DNA from: a virus
Taxonomy: Duplodnaviria; Caudoviricetes
Reading direction: 5' to 3' (one strand)
DNA: 46,531 bases
Virus record (IMG/VR): IMGVR_UViG_3300030095_002983
Location: 1 to 46,531 of that record
In this document: piece after piece, positions 38,033-46,531 of the stretch
How the letters are laid out: each line of letters opens with the position of its first letter
Position numbering within the stretch: the first letter of the stretch is position 1
The notes under the pieces: generated by a model
Databases searched by the model: none
What the model was told of the DNA's origin: nothing
The model's input: only the letters and a program-made list of their open reading frames with translations
Made by a program: the position numbers and the translations under genes

Positions 38033-38778
38033 GATGAATGTCTCCAGAATCTAAATCTACTAGGATCATAGATACTGTTTGAGTTTTTACTAATAGCTCG
38101 CTTAACAGCATTGTCTCCAGAGCTAAAGATATTTCTTGCTTTATCATTTGCATCAGCAGCTCTACCTTTAGCGGTAAGTATACCCGCTCTTTCAGCAAGC
38201 AGCCTGTCAACATCTCTATCACCCTGCACAAACAACTGATATTGTCTAGAAGCAGAAGCAGCAATACCTTTTTGAGCACTAGTCTCTAAGTCCTTAAACT
38301 CTATATACTCTACAATACTAACAGTAAGCTCAGTATCGGTATCCCATTCATCAGTATTATCTGTAACATTATATAAAACATTATAATCAATACCATTGGA
38401 CTCAATTCCAAATCTTCTAGGAGCAGCAGTTACTCTAATATCTACAGTAGGACTGCTGATACTGGTAAGAAGTTGAGCAGAAATCAAAGATCCAGTAGTC
38501 ATCTTTTCAGTATAAGGAGATAATTCTATACGTCCCTTAGCGGCATCAGAAATAGGTTTTACATTATTACCTGTAGGGCCGGTTCGAGATGGTGTAACTT
38601 TAATAGGTCTTCTATTAACAGCCATACCTCGCAATTGAGTTTCTAAAGTAGCTTGATCCAAAACAAACTCAGCCAAGTTAACATCAGTATTCTGACTATC
38701 GGTGAGGCTGGTTACAATCTGTTCACCAGAGTTAAATAACATTTCATTTACCGCATCAAGTTTGCTCATTAGTCCCAT
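38029..38778 (-). CDS. Tail tubular protein A (adaptor, T7 gp11-like)
   Basis: SKLDAVNEMLFNSGE and ASRQYQ motifs; position after the capsid gene. Confidence 0.9.
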   Translation of the reverse strand: MGLMSKLDAVNEMLFNSGEQIVTSLTDSQNTDVNLAEFVLDQATLETQLRGMAVNRRPIKVTPSRTGPTGNNVKPISDAAKGRIELSPYTEKMTTGSLISAQLLTSISSPTVDIRVTAAPRRFGIESNGIDYNVLYNVTDNTDEWDTDTELTVSIVEYIEFKDLETSAQKGIAASASRQYQLFVQGDRDVDRLLAERAGILTAKGRAADANDKARNIFSSGDNAVKRAISKNSNSIYDPSRFRFWRHSS

Positions 38779-38793
38779 TAGAATCTCCTTTTT

Positions 38794-38827
38794 AAAAGAC
38801 CCGAGGCCCCCTTTCGGGGGCTCCGGG
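38794..38827 (-). terminator. Tphi-like intrinsic terminator after the capsid gene
   Basis: Minus strand CCCGGAGCCCCC-GAAA-GGGGGCCTCGGG-TCTTTT. Confidence 0.85.
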
Positions 38828-38850
38828 CGAATGTGTATTTAATTGTCAAA

Positions 38851-40443
38851 TTAGGTAGCGGCGGTTCCCAGACCATCAGCACCACCAAGGGTACCAAAGA
38901 CGGACATATCACCAGCCTTGGTGTACTCAAGAACCATAGGGGTAGTGGTAGGTGAAGTACCATTACCAAATCCAACATCTTGATTTGAGTCATCCACATC
39001 ACCATCGCCATTATAGTCAGCGTGGGTAGCACCCAAGCTAACCTGATACATGTCTCTCACGAGAGCATCAGCAGCGGATTGCGTAGCAGCACCAACAATA
39101 TCCTTGTCGACAGGTGAACCGTTAGGATCAACTTCATAGCCATCCAGATCGTTGGTCGTTGCGTTAAACTCAAAGAAACCAATCTTCTGATCAGCACCCA
39201 AACCACCAGTGCAGGAACCCTTAAAGGCTTCCTTAGCATCAGTTTCGCCTAGATAACTACCAGCAGTTCTCAAGTCATGAGCAGGTCTACCAATGCAGAC
39301 AGCAGCGTGTTCTGGCTTCATAACACCAGTACCACCCATCATCGAAGCAACCGTGAACACGGTGTTACGACGAACGTCATCAACTTGATCAACCTTAAGA
39401 CCCATCATCTTGAGCGAAGCAACACAGCCTTGCTGCCAGATCAGAGCCTTAACAGGACAAACATTGCAGGTTCTGTTATAACGAGCTTCACCAATGGTGT
39501 GCAGGTTATAGTTCTTGTTAGGCAAGTGGTTCGTCTTGATGATCGTGCAGCCTTGATATTCAAGACGATCAGCAAGGTTGAACATACCTTGTCCTAAGCC
39601 AGCACCTAAGCCACCAGCATCGGCAACACCGCCGAAGAATGGTCGACCAGCACCACCAGCAAGATCAGAGCTGTCACGAGCCACACCAAGAGCACGGATG
39701 TCTTGGAAGGTACGAGGTTCAACAGCACAGAAGACACCCTCAGTAGGAGCATCAACTTCTTGCAGACGGATTTGGAACTCTTCAATCTTCTCAAGAAGCT
39801 TCAGAGCAGCATTAGTACGAGCAGCAGCGGAAGAGGTTGAGCTACCAAGATCATCAAACAACTTGTTACAGAAAACCTTACCACCCACGCCACCGATAGC
39901 CGAGAAGCCTTCAGCGGTTGCAGTAGTGCGGTCAAATCTGTTATCAAGTGCTCTAGGATCGTTAGCAAGTCCATCTTCAGCAGCAGCACGAGCAATGTAC
40001 AAACCGAGCTGACGGTCACGAGCATCCGACAGGGTACGACCAGCTTGGCGTGCAAGCTCGGAACGATACTCCCATTGAGTGAGCATGAGGTCAATGTTGT
40101 CTAACTCGAAGTGAGTAGCGATAGGACGCTTATCAAGAGTCACACGGAAAGTGGTAGCAGCACTGTCGTTATCTCCGACCAGTTCTTCACCAGCTTGCCA
40201 TTGTGGATTCAAGTTGACATATCCGGTAACTGGGAATTCCATAGTAGTACCGGAAGCAATGGTACGAGATTCGACCATTGGCTCAAAAATATTATACTGG
40301 TCGTAAGCATGAATAACTTCGCCAGCCCAAATAGGAAGGACAAGCCGACCGTCACCCGTAGTAGGGTTATTAAAAGAAATGCCACCATCAAGGTTAGCAC
40401 GGTAGGCTAAATTACCTACACCTAAATCTCCAACTGCAGCCAT
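38851..40443 (-). CDS. Major capsid protein, T7 gp10-like, with an in-frame C-terminal extension (530 aa)
   Basis: WAGEV, RTIASGTTMEFP, EYRSELARQAGRTL...D, IIKTNHLP, GTGVMKPEHA. Confidence 0.93.
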   Translation of the reverse strand: MAAVGDLGVGNLAYRANLDGGISFNNPTTGDGRLVLPIWAGEVIHAYDQYNIFEPMVESRTIASGTTMEFPVTGYVNLNPQWQAGEELVGDNDSAATTFRVTLDKRPIATHFELDNIDLMLTQWEYRSELARQAGRTLSDARDRQLGLYIARAAAEDGLANDPRALDNRFDRTTATAEGFSAIGGVGGKVFCNKLFDDLGSSTSSAAARTNAALKLLEKIEEFQIRLQEVDAPTEGVFCAVEPRTFQDIRALGVARDSSDLAGGAGRPFFGGVADAGGLGAGLGQGMFNLADRLEYQGCTIIKTNHLPNKNYNLHTIGEARYNRTCNVCPVKALIWQQGCVASLKMMGLKVDQVDDVRRNTVFTVASMMGGTGVMKPEHAAVCIGRPAHDLRTAGSYLGETDAKEAFKGSCTGGLGADQKIGFFEFNATTNDLDGYEVDPNGSPVDKDIVGAATQSAADALVRDMYQVSLGATHADYNGDGDVDDSNQDVGFGNGTSPTTTPMVLEYTKAGDMSVFGTLGGADGLGTAAT

Positions 40444-40583
40444 AATTAATTCTCCTTATGTTATGACTAAATTTTTTTAAAAGACAAAACTAAGAAGCAA
40501 TGATTATTCCGTAGAGTCAAAGCTTACACTACGCAGAACTACTTTTTTAACTCGTAAGCCTACTTGTTTGTTCGTTGTAATGG

Positions 40584-40619
40584 TTCCTAACTAAACCTTG
40601 TCTAAGGGTTTAGTTGGAA
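40584..40619. promoter_or_regulatory. Long hairpin over the scaffold stop codon
   Basis: ttcctaactaaacctt-gtct-aagggtttagttggaa; possible RNA processing site or terminator in the capsid leader. Confidence 0.4.
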
Positions 40620-41503
40620 AAGATGCCAGAATTCATAGTTAAAGCAACCTTTTGTTCAACCGCTTGGCGGTACTCAGGATCAGACCTATATTTAGGATCT
40701 GACATAGCCATATTCATTTCTTGTCTAGAGCGGAAAGGTTCCATCTTGGGAGCCTCTTGCGCATCCGCAATATTATCAGAACGAATTCGACTTGGTTCCT
40801 GAGCCTTTGGTCTACTTGCCACATCTTGGTCATATCTAGCTTTTAAACCAAGTAAGGCAGTCTTATACGATGGACCAGACAGCATCAGATTTAACTGATC
40901 TCGCTCCTGATCGTTCAAAGACTCTCCTGCCCATGAGAGGACAGTATCTAAAGTTTGCTGGTCGCCTACCACAGTGGCGGCAGAATCATAGGCTTCTTTA
41001 CGCAAAGCTTTTTGACCAGCAATAAAAGTATCTACAACAGCATCATCAACATTCATAGCAGCTTTAATTTGGCCTCTAGTATCTTCACTAAAACCCCCAT
41101 TAAGAGCAAGTTCTTGTTGCCATGTAGCCCACTGTTCATTCATAGAAGGAGCTGGTGGCTCCTCTCTCTTTTCAATACGCAGTTCACCAGAAGAGGGTGT
41201 CTCCGCTGCCGGTGCCGTTTCTTGCTGCTGTTGAGGACGTTCAGGGATTTCTCCAGTATCAGCATACTGACGCTTAAGGTCAGAAATTTCTTGCCTAGCT
41301 TGAGTATATTGCCCCTGTGCTTCCTTCAAAGAATTAAACCAAGACTCGGTGTTTTGAAAATTATCCGGTACTTGCATACCTTGATCTTTAACATAAGTTT
41401 CAAAAGCAGCCTTCTCTCGAGCAAGATTAGCATCTTCAGGATTGACAATAGGTTGTTGGGATTGTTCCTGTTGTGGAGTCTCAACATTATTTTCTTCGGA
41501 CAT
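40610..41503 (-). CDS. Capsid assembly scaffolding protein, T7 gp9-like
   Basis: Acidic; VVG...VLSWAGE and C-terminal FRSRQEM..AMSDPKYRSDPEYRQAVE. Confidence 0.92.
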   Translation of the reverse strand: MSEENNVETPQQEQSQQPIVNPEDANLAREKAAFETYVKDQGMQVPDNFQNTESWFNSLKEAQGQYTQARQEISDLKRQYADTGEIPERPQQQQETAPAAETPSSGELRIEKREEPPAPSMNEQWATWQQELALNGGFSEDTRGQIKAAMNVDDAVVDTFIAGQKALRKEAYDSAATVVGDQQTLDTVLSWAGESLNDQERDQLNLMLSGPSYKTALLGLKARYDQDVASRPKAQEPSRIRSDNIADAQEAPKMEPFRSRQEMNMAMSDPKYRSDPEYRQAVEQKVALTMNSGIFSN

Positions 41504-41515
41504 AGTATTTCCTTA

Positions 41516-42106
41516 TTATTTAACGCGTTTAATTCGTTTCAACATATCTTTAAAGCTACTAAACTCTTTAGTATCCGCATCGAAACGACCATTTAATTTT
41601 TGATTAAGTTGTTGATATTTTAAAACATCTTGGAAGTCGCAGCCATTCAAACCTTTGACTGACTCAACTCCAATTTCTACTTCTACGCCATCAATATTGT
41701 CACCATCACAGTGCAAATCATAATTAATTTTAACTTCGCAGCCTTCTTCAATACCTAAGACAGTAAATCTAAAGGTACCAGCTGCACTTAAGTTACCCAA
41801 AGCGGCACCATTACCAGTACTATTGGTAATAGTAAGAGCAGTATTATCTACACCATCATTAGCTAAAATAGCTTTGATAGTTAAATCTCCTGCATTACCA
41901 TCCGGGTGTGCAGTATCAGCAGCAATAAAATCTTGATCATAAGTAATAGCATTAATGTCAATAGTAACTGCAGCATTTGCCCAGTTACCTACACCATTAG
42001 CTACTGAAGCACTAGTGCCAGATTCAAAAGTATTAGTTGCTACAGTCGTAACACTCTCTGGGTCAAAATCAATATCTAATGGACCTGTATAAGTTAAAGT
42101 TGCCAT
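41516..42106 (-). CDS. Hypothetical virion-type protein (196 aa)
   Basis: GGAG RBS; beta-rich Thr/Asn/Gly composition. Confidence 0.6.
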   Translation of the reverse strand: MATLTYTGPLDIDFDPESVTTVATNTFESGTSASVANGVGNWANAAVTIDINAITYDQDFIAADTAHPDGNAGDLTIKAILANDGVDNTALTITNSTGNGAALGNLSAAGTFRFTVLGIEEGCEVKINYDLHCDGDNIDGVEVEIGVESVKGLNGCDFQDVLKYQQLNQKLNGRFDADTKEFSSFKDMLKRIKRVK

Positions 42107-42108
42107 AA

Positions 42109-42342
42109 TTAATCTCCTTCGGCATTTGCCTTCTTATATTCTGAGAACCATATGTACCCTACACAAAGTAAAGCTAAACCCACAAGACCACCTCCTAAAT
42201 AACTGTAATCAGCCGAGAGTGGTTGAACTATACCGGGTATTGGTTCTGTAATAATTTCCTTATCTTTAAACAAAGAGGTTGTTTTACAACCCCCAAGAAG
42301 GCAAAGCCACGCGCACGCCTTCAGAATTACTTTGCAGTCCAT
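42109..42342 (-). CDS. Lipoprotein with C-terminal TM helix (spanin-like architecture, 77 aa)
   Basis: Lipobox-like LLGGC; C-terminal LGGGLVGLALLCVGYIWF followed by basic residues. Confidence 0.5.
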   Translation of the reverse strand: MDCKVILKACAWLCLLGGCKTTSLFKDKEIITEPIPGIVQPLSADYSYLGGGLVGLALLCVGYIWFSEYKKANAEGD

Positions 42343-42455
42343 GGTAACTTAGCGTTAAGCCAACTAAACATTGGCTTACCCATCCAAGCACCGGCTGCAA
42401 ACATCATTACATGGGACAAGATAAAGCCCCATGATCCAATAATAAAATCTACCAT
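42327..42455 (-). CDS. Small membrane protein (42 aa)
   Basis: Hand-translated MVDFIIGSWGFILSHVMMFAAGAWMGKPMFSWLNAKLPWTAK; AGGAG RBS. Confidence 0.6.
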   Translation of the reverse strand: MVDFIIGSWGFILSHVMMFAAGAWMGKPMFSWLNAKLPWTAK

Positions 42456-42467
42456 AATAATCTCCTA

Positions 42468-42920
42468 TTAGGTACTAGCAACAAATACCTCAAGATCAAC
42501 AGATGCACTGTCAGCTTGGGCATTGATAATTGTATATGTAGTTAAACTACTAGCAGTAACTGCTGAATCATTAATATCAATATCATCGTTATAAAGACAC
42601 ATAGTCTGACCAGCTTCTAATTTAAAGAACACTGCCTCAGAACTACCGTTAAGTAAACCTAACGTAACAAAATTAGTATCATCTTTATTGGTTAAACGAA
42701 TATATTTAATCGAAGTTTTAACAAAGGTACCCGCCCCTACATTATCACCAAGAGTAATAAGAGTACGGGGAGCACTTGTATCAACCGTAGCAATACGGTG
42801 ATCTACCTCATTAACAGAGGCAATAGATAATGTGTTGGTAACACCTCGGTCAACACCATTCAGCGTAAGAGCTTCAGTGTGCGTAACCGTAAGCGTTGCC
42901 GCTGAAATAGTACTTGCCAT
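42468..42920 (-). CDS. Hypothetical structural-type protein (150 aa)
   Basis: Beta-rich; KYIRLTNKDDTNFV; RBS present. Confidence 0.7.
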   Translation of the reverse strand: MASTISAATLTVTHTEALTLNGVDRGVTNTLSIASVNEVDHRIATVDTSAPRTLITLGDNVGAGTFVKTSIKYIRLTNKDDTNFVTLGLLNGSSEAVFFKLEAGQTMCLYNDDIDINDSAVTASSLTTYTIINAQADSASVDLEVFVAST

Positions 42921-42924
42921 TTAG

Positions 42925-43047
42925 TTATCCCCTTCTTTGAACTTTCTTCTTAGTCTTTTTAGCAAGCATCTTAGCATCGCTTTGAGCTCGCATATTCTTC
43001 TTCTTCTTCATACCCATTGCTTTTTTCTTTGAACCTTTTCCTCTCAC
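42925..43047 (-). CDS. Small Lys-rich protein (40 aa, GTG start)
   Basis: Hand-translated MRGKGSKKKAMGMKKKKNMRAQ...; AGGAG RBS. Confidence 0.5.
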   Translation of the reverse strand: MRGKGSKKKAMGMKKKKNMRAQSDAKMLAKKTKKKVQRRG

Positions 43048-43553
43048 GACTGAGATCTCCTTTTGTTAACGTATTTCATAAAATCATCAGAACAATTTGC
43101 ATAATAGTCTTGACTTTCTAAAAACTTTGAAAATTTATTTAACTCAGCACGACGCTGTATTAGCACCATGCCATACTCATAATCTACAACTTGACCATAG
43201 TTTTCTGGGTCTAGCTCTGGATCGTCCGGTGGTTCCTCCCCCGGCTCAAACACCATAACATATAGATCTTTACCATTATCAGCAAGCCTATTGTTATATC
43301 TTTCTGCCCAAGGTTCTGGATTTTTCCAAATCATAGGGTCATAAACAACAATAACTAATTGATAATTATCATCCCAATTATAAACCTCATGACGAACCGC
43401 AGCTCTCTTACCCATTACAACCTTAACCTGTTGATCCCGCCATGCCTTAGCAGCAAAAGGACAGGGTTTGTTGTCTTTATAAAAGGCAGAAGGTATATCT
43501 AAGTAATTAAAAATCCAGTTCTCAATTTCTTTTTTTATTAGATCCAGATCCAT
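43044..43553 (-). CDS. Hypothetical protein with PCPFA motif (DUF1415-like)
   Basis: IENWI...PCPFA and LIQR motifs. Confidence 0.55.
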   Translation of the reverse strand: MDLDLIKKEIENWIFNYLDIPSAFYKDNKPCPFAAKAWRDQQVKVVMGKRAAVRHEVYNWDDNYQLVIVVYDPMIWKNPEPWAERYNNRLADNGKDLYVMVFEPGEEPPDDPELDPENYGQVVDYEYGMVLIQRRAELNKFSKFLESQDYYANCSDDFMKYVNKRRSQS

Positions 43554-43647
43554 TCTTTCCTTTGGCTCCTGCCTGTACTAATTTTTGAGCATCTTTATCT
43601 GTGTATCTAGTAGTAGTACCACATGCACATTTAAATTTAGTTTTCAT
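43522..43647 (-). CDS. Small basic protein with CxC (41 aa)
   Basis: Hand-translated MKTKFKCACGTTTRY...; ATGA overlap with the upstream ORF. Confidence 0.5.
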   Translation of the reverse strand: MKTKFKCACGTTTRYTDKDAQKLVQAGAKGKNGSGSNKKRN

Positions 43648-43817
43648 CTACCCGTTCCTCTGGATCTAGTTTTACCAGCTGGCGAACCAGTACGAGAACG
43701 GCTTTGAGTTTTAATTGAAGCTTTTCTATCAGCAACTCGTTTTGCACTAACTCTAGCTCTTACTTTAGCAGGAGCAGCGGAAGCCCCAGTCTTTTTTTCT
43801 TTCTTCTTCTTAGCCAT
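43644..43817 (-). CDS. Small Lys/Arg-rich protein (57 aa)
   Basis: Hand-translated MAKKKKEKKTGASAAPAKVRARVSAKR...; AAGGAG RBS. Confidence 0.6.
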   Translation of the reverse strand: MAKKKKEKKTGASAAPAKVRARVSAKRVADRKASIKTQSRSRTGSPAGKTRSRGTGR

Positions 43818-43826
43818 GATAACTCC

Positions 43827-44918
43827 TTACACAGTAATAGACGCTCTAGGAGCATCAGATTTATAGGTATGGTCTGAAGGAAGTAGATCTAAGATGTCAT
43901 ACTTTCTAGCCATATACCCTTCTAATTTTTCTACATCAACATCAATGGTTCCCGTTGTACCAGTACCGTTTAAAACAACCCACTCGAACATAGGATCTTG
44001 AAATGCTCTGGTATTGATAGTACCGTTATGACCCCCGGCCCAAATTGCATCTACACCGTTAGATGTAGAAACTCTAGTATCATTACCACCTTCGTTATAA
44101 GTTCCATTATACCTACAAAAAGATTTACCATTTTTTCTACCTACGATAACCATTTGAGGTTGAGTAGCATTAAATGTAATGTCAATATTATAATTAAAAG
44201 TAGCTGTACTAGTAGCGTGAACTTTCCTAATTTGAAATCTTTCGTTTGCATCCTCTGTATTGTACCTAAGAGTGGTAGCAAATTCATCACCACCAGAGCC
44301 ATTACCGTTAGGATTACCATTAGTACCCAGAGTAACTTGAGTTAAAGAATCATTAGCATGTTGATCTTGTAAAATAGCAACAAATCCCCAAGCCCAATCT
44401 TGAGTTCCATTATGATCTAAACCTGTACCAAAATCCGCAGTACCGATATACAATTGATCCGCACTATCAGTACAGTCCATACCTCTAAAATTATTAGCGG
44501 AAGAATTTTTAGCAAGATATGTTGGTTGTTGATCAGCATTATTATTACCAAAATCAAAACCATTACCTGATCTATCAACACAACTATTTACCTTATCACC
44601 TGCAGCATTAGTTTCCATGCCTTCAGGAGTAAGCCATAGTTGACATGTAGATTCTTCAACAGAAAGAGGAGTCCAAATAGGACCAAGCTTATGTGTCCAC
44701 TGCCTGTCCCATACTTCAGGAACTCTAAAAGGGCTAACCTTATCACCAAGCATAGCTTCTCTTACGGATAATACATAAGATTCTTCACCACTAGCAATCA
44801 ATTGATTCCTATTAGCAACCAAAGCAAACTTATCAAGATCACCATTGGTAGTACCTTTGATTTCTAAGGATTGAATTCCTTCTATGCCTACACCATACTT
44901 AGTTTTACCATTAGCCAT
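43827..44918 (-). CDS. Concanavalin A/LamG-like lectin-domain virion protein
   Basis: LWL...DRSGNG...QPTY and C-terminal VEKLEGYMARKY, typical of phage LamG-like domains; TAATG-coupled start MANGK. Confidence 0.6.
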   Translation of the reverse strand: MANGKTKYGVGIEGIQSLEIKGTTNGDLDKFALVANRNQLIASGEESYVLSVREAMLGDKVSPFRVPEVWDRQWTHKLGPIWTPLSVEESTCQLWLTPEGMETNAAGDKVNSCVDRSGNGFDFGNNNADQQPTYLAKNSSANNFRGMDCTDSADQLYIGTADFGTGLDHNGTQDWAWGFVAILQDQHANDSLTQVTLGTNGNPNGNGSGGDEFATTLRYNTEDANERFQIRKVHATSTATFNYNIDITFNATQPQMVIVGRKNGKSFCRYNGTYNEGGNDTRVSTSNGVDAIWAGGHNGTINTRAFQDPMFEWVVLNGTGTTGTIDVDVEKLEGYMARKYDILDLLPSDHTYKSDAPRASITV

Positions 44919-45187
44919 TAGCATCCCCACCTTTTCCGTGCTTTACGCAGTCTACTGTTAGGATTTTTAGCAGCTTTAGGAAACTTCTTCATCTGTCCTG
45001 CAGAACGAGCACAATAACTTTTCTTTCTTTTTCCACCTCCGGGTTGTGGTGGTTTAAGATTAGAACCAGTCTTACGATTAATCATACGGCGACCCTTAGC
45101 AGTAAGACCACCTTTTTTGCTTTTACATTTGTTACCAATGTTACAGCCCTTCATGGCCCCCTTCTTCTTACTGCGTGCCTTTGCCAT
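44918..45187 (-). CDS. Lys/Arg-rich conserved phage protein (89 aa)
   Basis: GGLTAKGR...NLKPP...SYCARSAGQ...RWGC. Confidence 0.75.
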   Translation of the reverse strand: MAKARSKKKGAMKGCNIGNKCKSKKGGLTAKGRRMINRKTGSNLKPPQPGGGKRKKSYCARSAGQMKKFPKAAKNPNSRLRKARKRWGC

Positions 45188-45188
45188 C

Positions 45189-45386
45189 TTACACCTCGTC
45201 CATCCTACGACCCTTGATGTCGTAGCCCTTACGGCGTTCCATCATTTTCTTACGCACAGTAGGAGCCACAGGACACTTAGCCTCGGCTTCACCACCAAGA
45301 ATAACATCACCACCAGCTTCAATCTCTACGGTGATACATTTGCCAGAGCAGCAACCAGTCAATAATAATAATCCAATATATTTCAT
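45189..45386 (-). CDS. Small lipoprotein-like protein (65 aa)
   Basis: MKYIGLLLLTGC lipobox-like signal. Confidence 0.55.
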   Translation of the reverse strand: MKYIGLLLLTGCCSGKCITVEIEAGGDVILGGEAEAKCPVAPTVRKKMMERRKGYDIKGRRMDEV

Positions 45387-45604
45387 TTCTTAGATTTCCT
45401 TTTTTTCTTCCATGAGATTCTTGCCGGTCCTTTTTTCTTAGACTTAGCGGCAGTACATTGAGCTTTAGTAGGGCGACAAGCAGGGTATGGACGCTTTGAC
45501 TTACCCTTGGCAGACTTGCGACCACACGGCTTACCAGTCTTACAATCAATCCAGCCTTTGCCCTTGTTGCGACTGAACCATTTCTTAAGACCTTCCTTAG
45601 CCAT
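45383..45604 (-). CDS. Basic Cys-containing phage protein (73 aa)
   Basis: GLKKWF...W.DCKTGKPCGR...YPACRP. Confidence 0.75.
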   Translation of the reverse strand: MAKEGLKKWFSRNKGKGWIDCKTGKPCGRKSAKGKSKRPYPACRPTKAQCTAAKSKKKGPARISWKKKRKSKK

Positions 45605-45762
45605 TACTTCTTCCTACCCTTACTCTTATTACCCCAATTTTTAGCACCGACTTTACGGCACTTAACCAGAGCACCAGATGCGTAAGCACTAGGCCATTTA
45701 GTATAGCGACTCTTTACTTTATTATAACATGCATCACGCTTTGCTGCTTTCTTCTTAGCCAT
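45604..45762 (-). CDS. Basic phage protein with WPSAYASG motif (52 aa)
   Basis: Start MAKKKAAKRDAC after AAGGAG. Confidence 0.7.
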   Translation of the reverse strand: MAKKKAAKRDACYNKVKSRYTKWPSAYASGALVKCRKVGAKNWGNKSKGRKK

Positions 45763-46531
45763 TTCTTTTTCTCCTTTTCCAGAAAAATAGTAGGGGCAAT
45801 GCCCACACACCCTTAGATTCAGCCACAACAATCATCTCAGGCTCAGGCTCAGGCGGAATAACAATAGGCGGAGGAGGAATGTACTCATCCGGCTCAGCAA
45901 ATGTAACTTCTTTCTCAGCAGCCTGCTCAATAGCTATAGGCTCTTCTTCTTCAGTAACTAGTTCAATTAAAGACTCTTCAGACTCTAACTTTTCAACAAG
46001 TTCTTCTACTTCAGCTCTAGCAACAAAGTAACCTATACCTTCTGCAATAGAATAGTCTTCATCTTGATCTAAAAACAATACTTCTTTTTCAGCAGCTTGT
46101 GTTAGGTCAGCTTCTGTTTCTAATTCCTGCGTAGGATCAGGGATATCAGCCCATGAGTCTTCAAACAAATCAAACTTCATACCTTCCTTAGCATCAAAGA
46201 TACTGTCTTGATCTTCGTTAACTAGTACAGCTCCCCCTGCGGTGTTGCTATCTGGCATCTTAATCTCAGGCGTAATCCAATCTAAGTCAAGAGCATACGG
46301 ATCTCCCTTTGGTTTAGGAGCAGCACCTAACGTATCTGTAAGACCAGTTACCTGCTCTACAGTTTCAGTTACTTTACTTAAAACCTCACCACCAACCACA
46401 GTACCAGTGACAGCAGCAGCCAAGGTCATCTTTTGCACTTTCTTTTCAAGACCCTGCTTAATGTTAGCACAGTCTTCGTATGCAGTCTTTAACTTGCGAT
46501 TGTTTTCTTCACGGCAATCTTCTAACTGCTG
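45755..46531 (-). CDS. Acidic protein with a PEP-CTERM-like C-terminus, 5' end off-window
   Basis: Frame stays open to 46531; ends PPEPEPEMIVVAESKGVWALPLLFFWKRRKRNG. Confidence 0.6.
   Translation of the reverse strand, partial: QQLEDCREENNRKLKTAYEDCANIKQGLEKKVQKMTLAAAVTGTVVGGEVLSKVTETVEQVTGLTDTLGAAPKPKGDPYALDLDWITPEIKMPDSNTAGGAVLVNEDQDSIFDAKEGMKFDLFEDSWADIPDPTQELETEADLTQAAEKEVLFLDQDEDYSIAEGIGYFVARAEVEELVEKLESEESLIELVTEEEEPIAIEQAAEKEVTFAEPDEYIPPPPIVIPPEPEPEMIVVAESKGVWALPLLFFWKRRKRNG

Noticed and set aside
38778-39032. Alternative-frame ORF as a T7 10B-like frameshift extension
   Set aside because: No convincing slippery site seen; it runs through the terminator, and the capsid is already extended in frame.
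4592-46531. T7-type 23-bp late promoter repeats, tRNAs, integrase, portal gene
   Set aside because: None recognised by eye; portal and replication genes are probably outside the window.

Overview
The window is about 46.5 kb of a podovirus-type phage genome, and essentially every real gene is on the minus strand. Reading from high to low coordinates, it holds: (1) a cluster of small basic, membrane and lipoprotein genes; (2) a T7-like morphogenesis module with scaffold, major capsid, Tphi-like terminator, tail tube A and B, two fibre-type proteins, and small and large terminase; (3) four internal-virion (ejection) proteins of 208, 1748, 1519 and about 4045 aa, then a holin-like gene; (4) a probable genome-end junction at about 4.55 kb; and (5) a more GC-rich early region of small genes separated by repeated hairpin/27-bp cassettes. 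The main observation is two single-subunit RNA polymerases. The 4045-aa ejection protein carries T7/N4-family motifs A, B and candidate C plus a zincin HExxH, consistent with a virion-packaged RNAP. A second, N-terminally compact T7-family RNAP (MDFRGRTY), missing from the ORF track, starts at 753 and runs off the left edge. This suggests an N4-like two-polymerase transcription cascade in a T7-like virion. All assignments are by-eye motif recognition; no searches were run.
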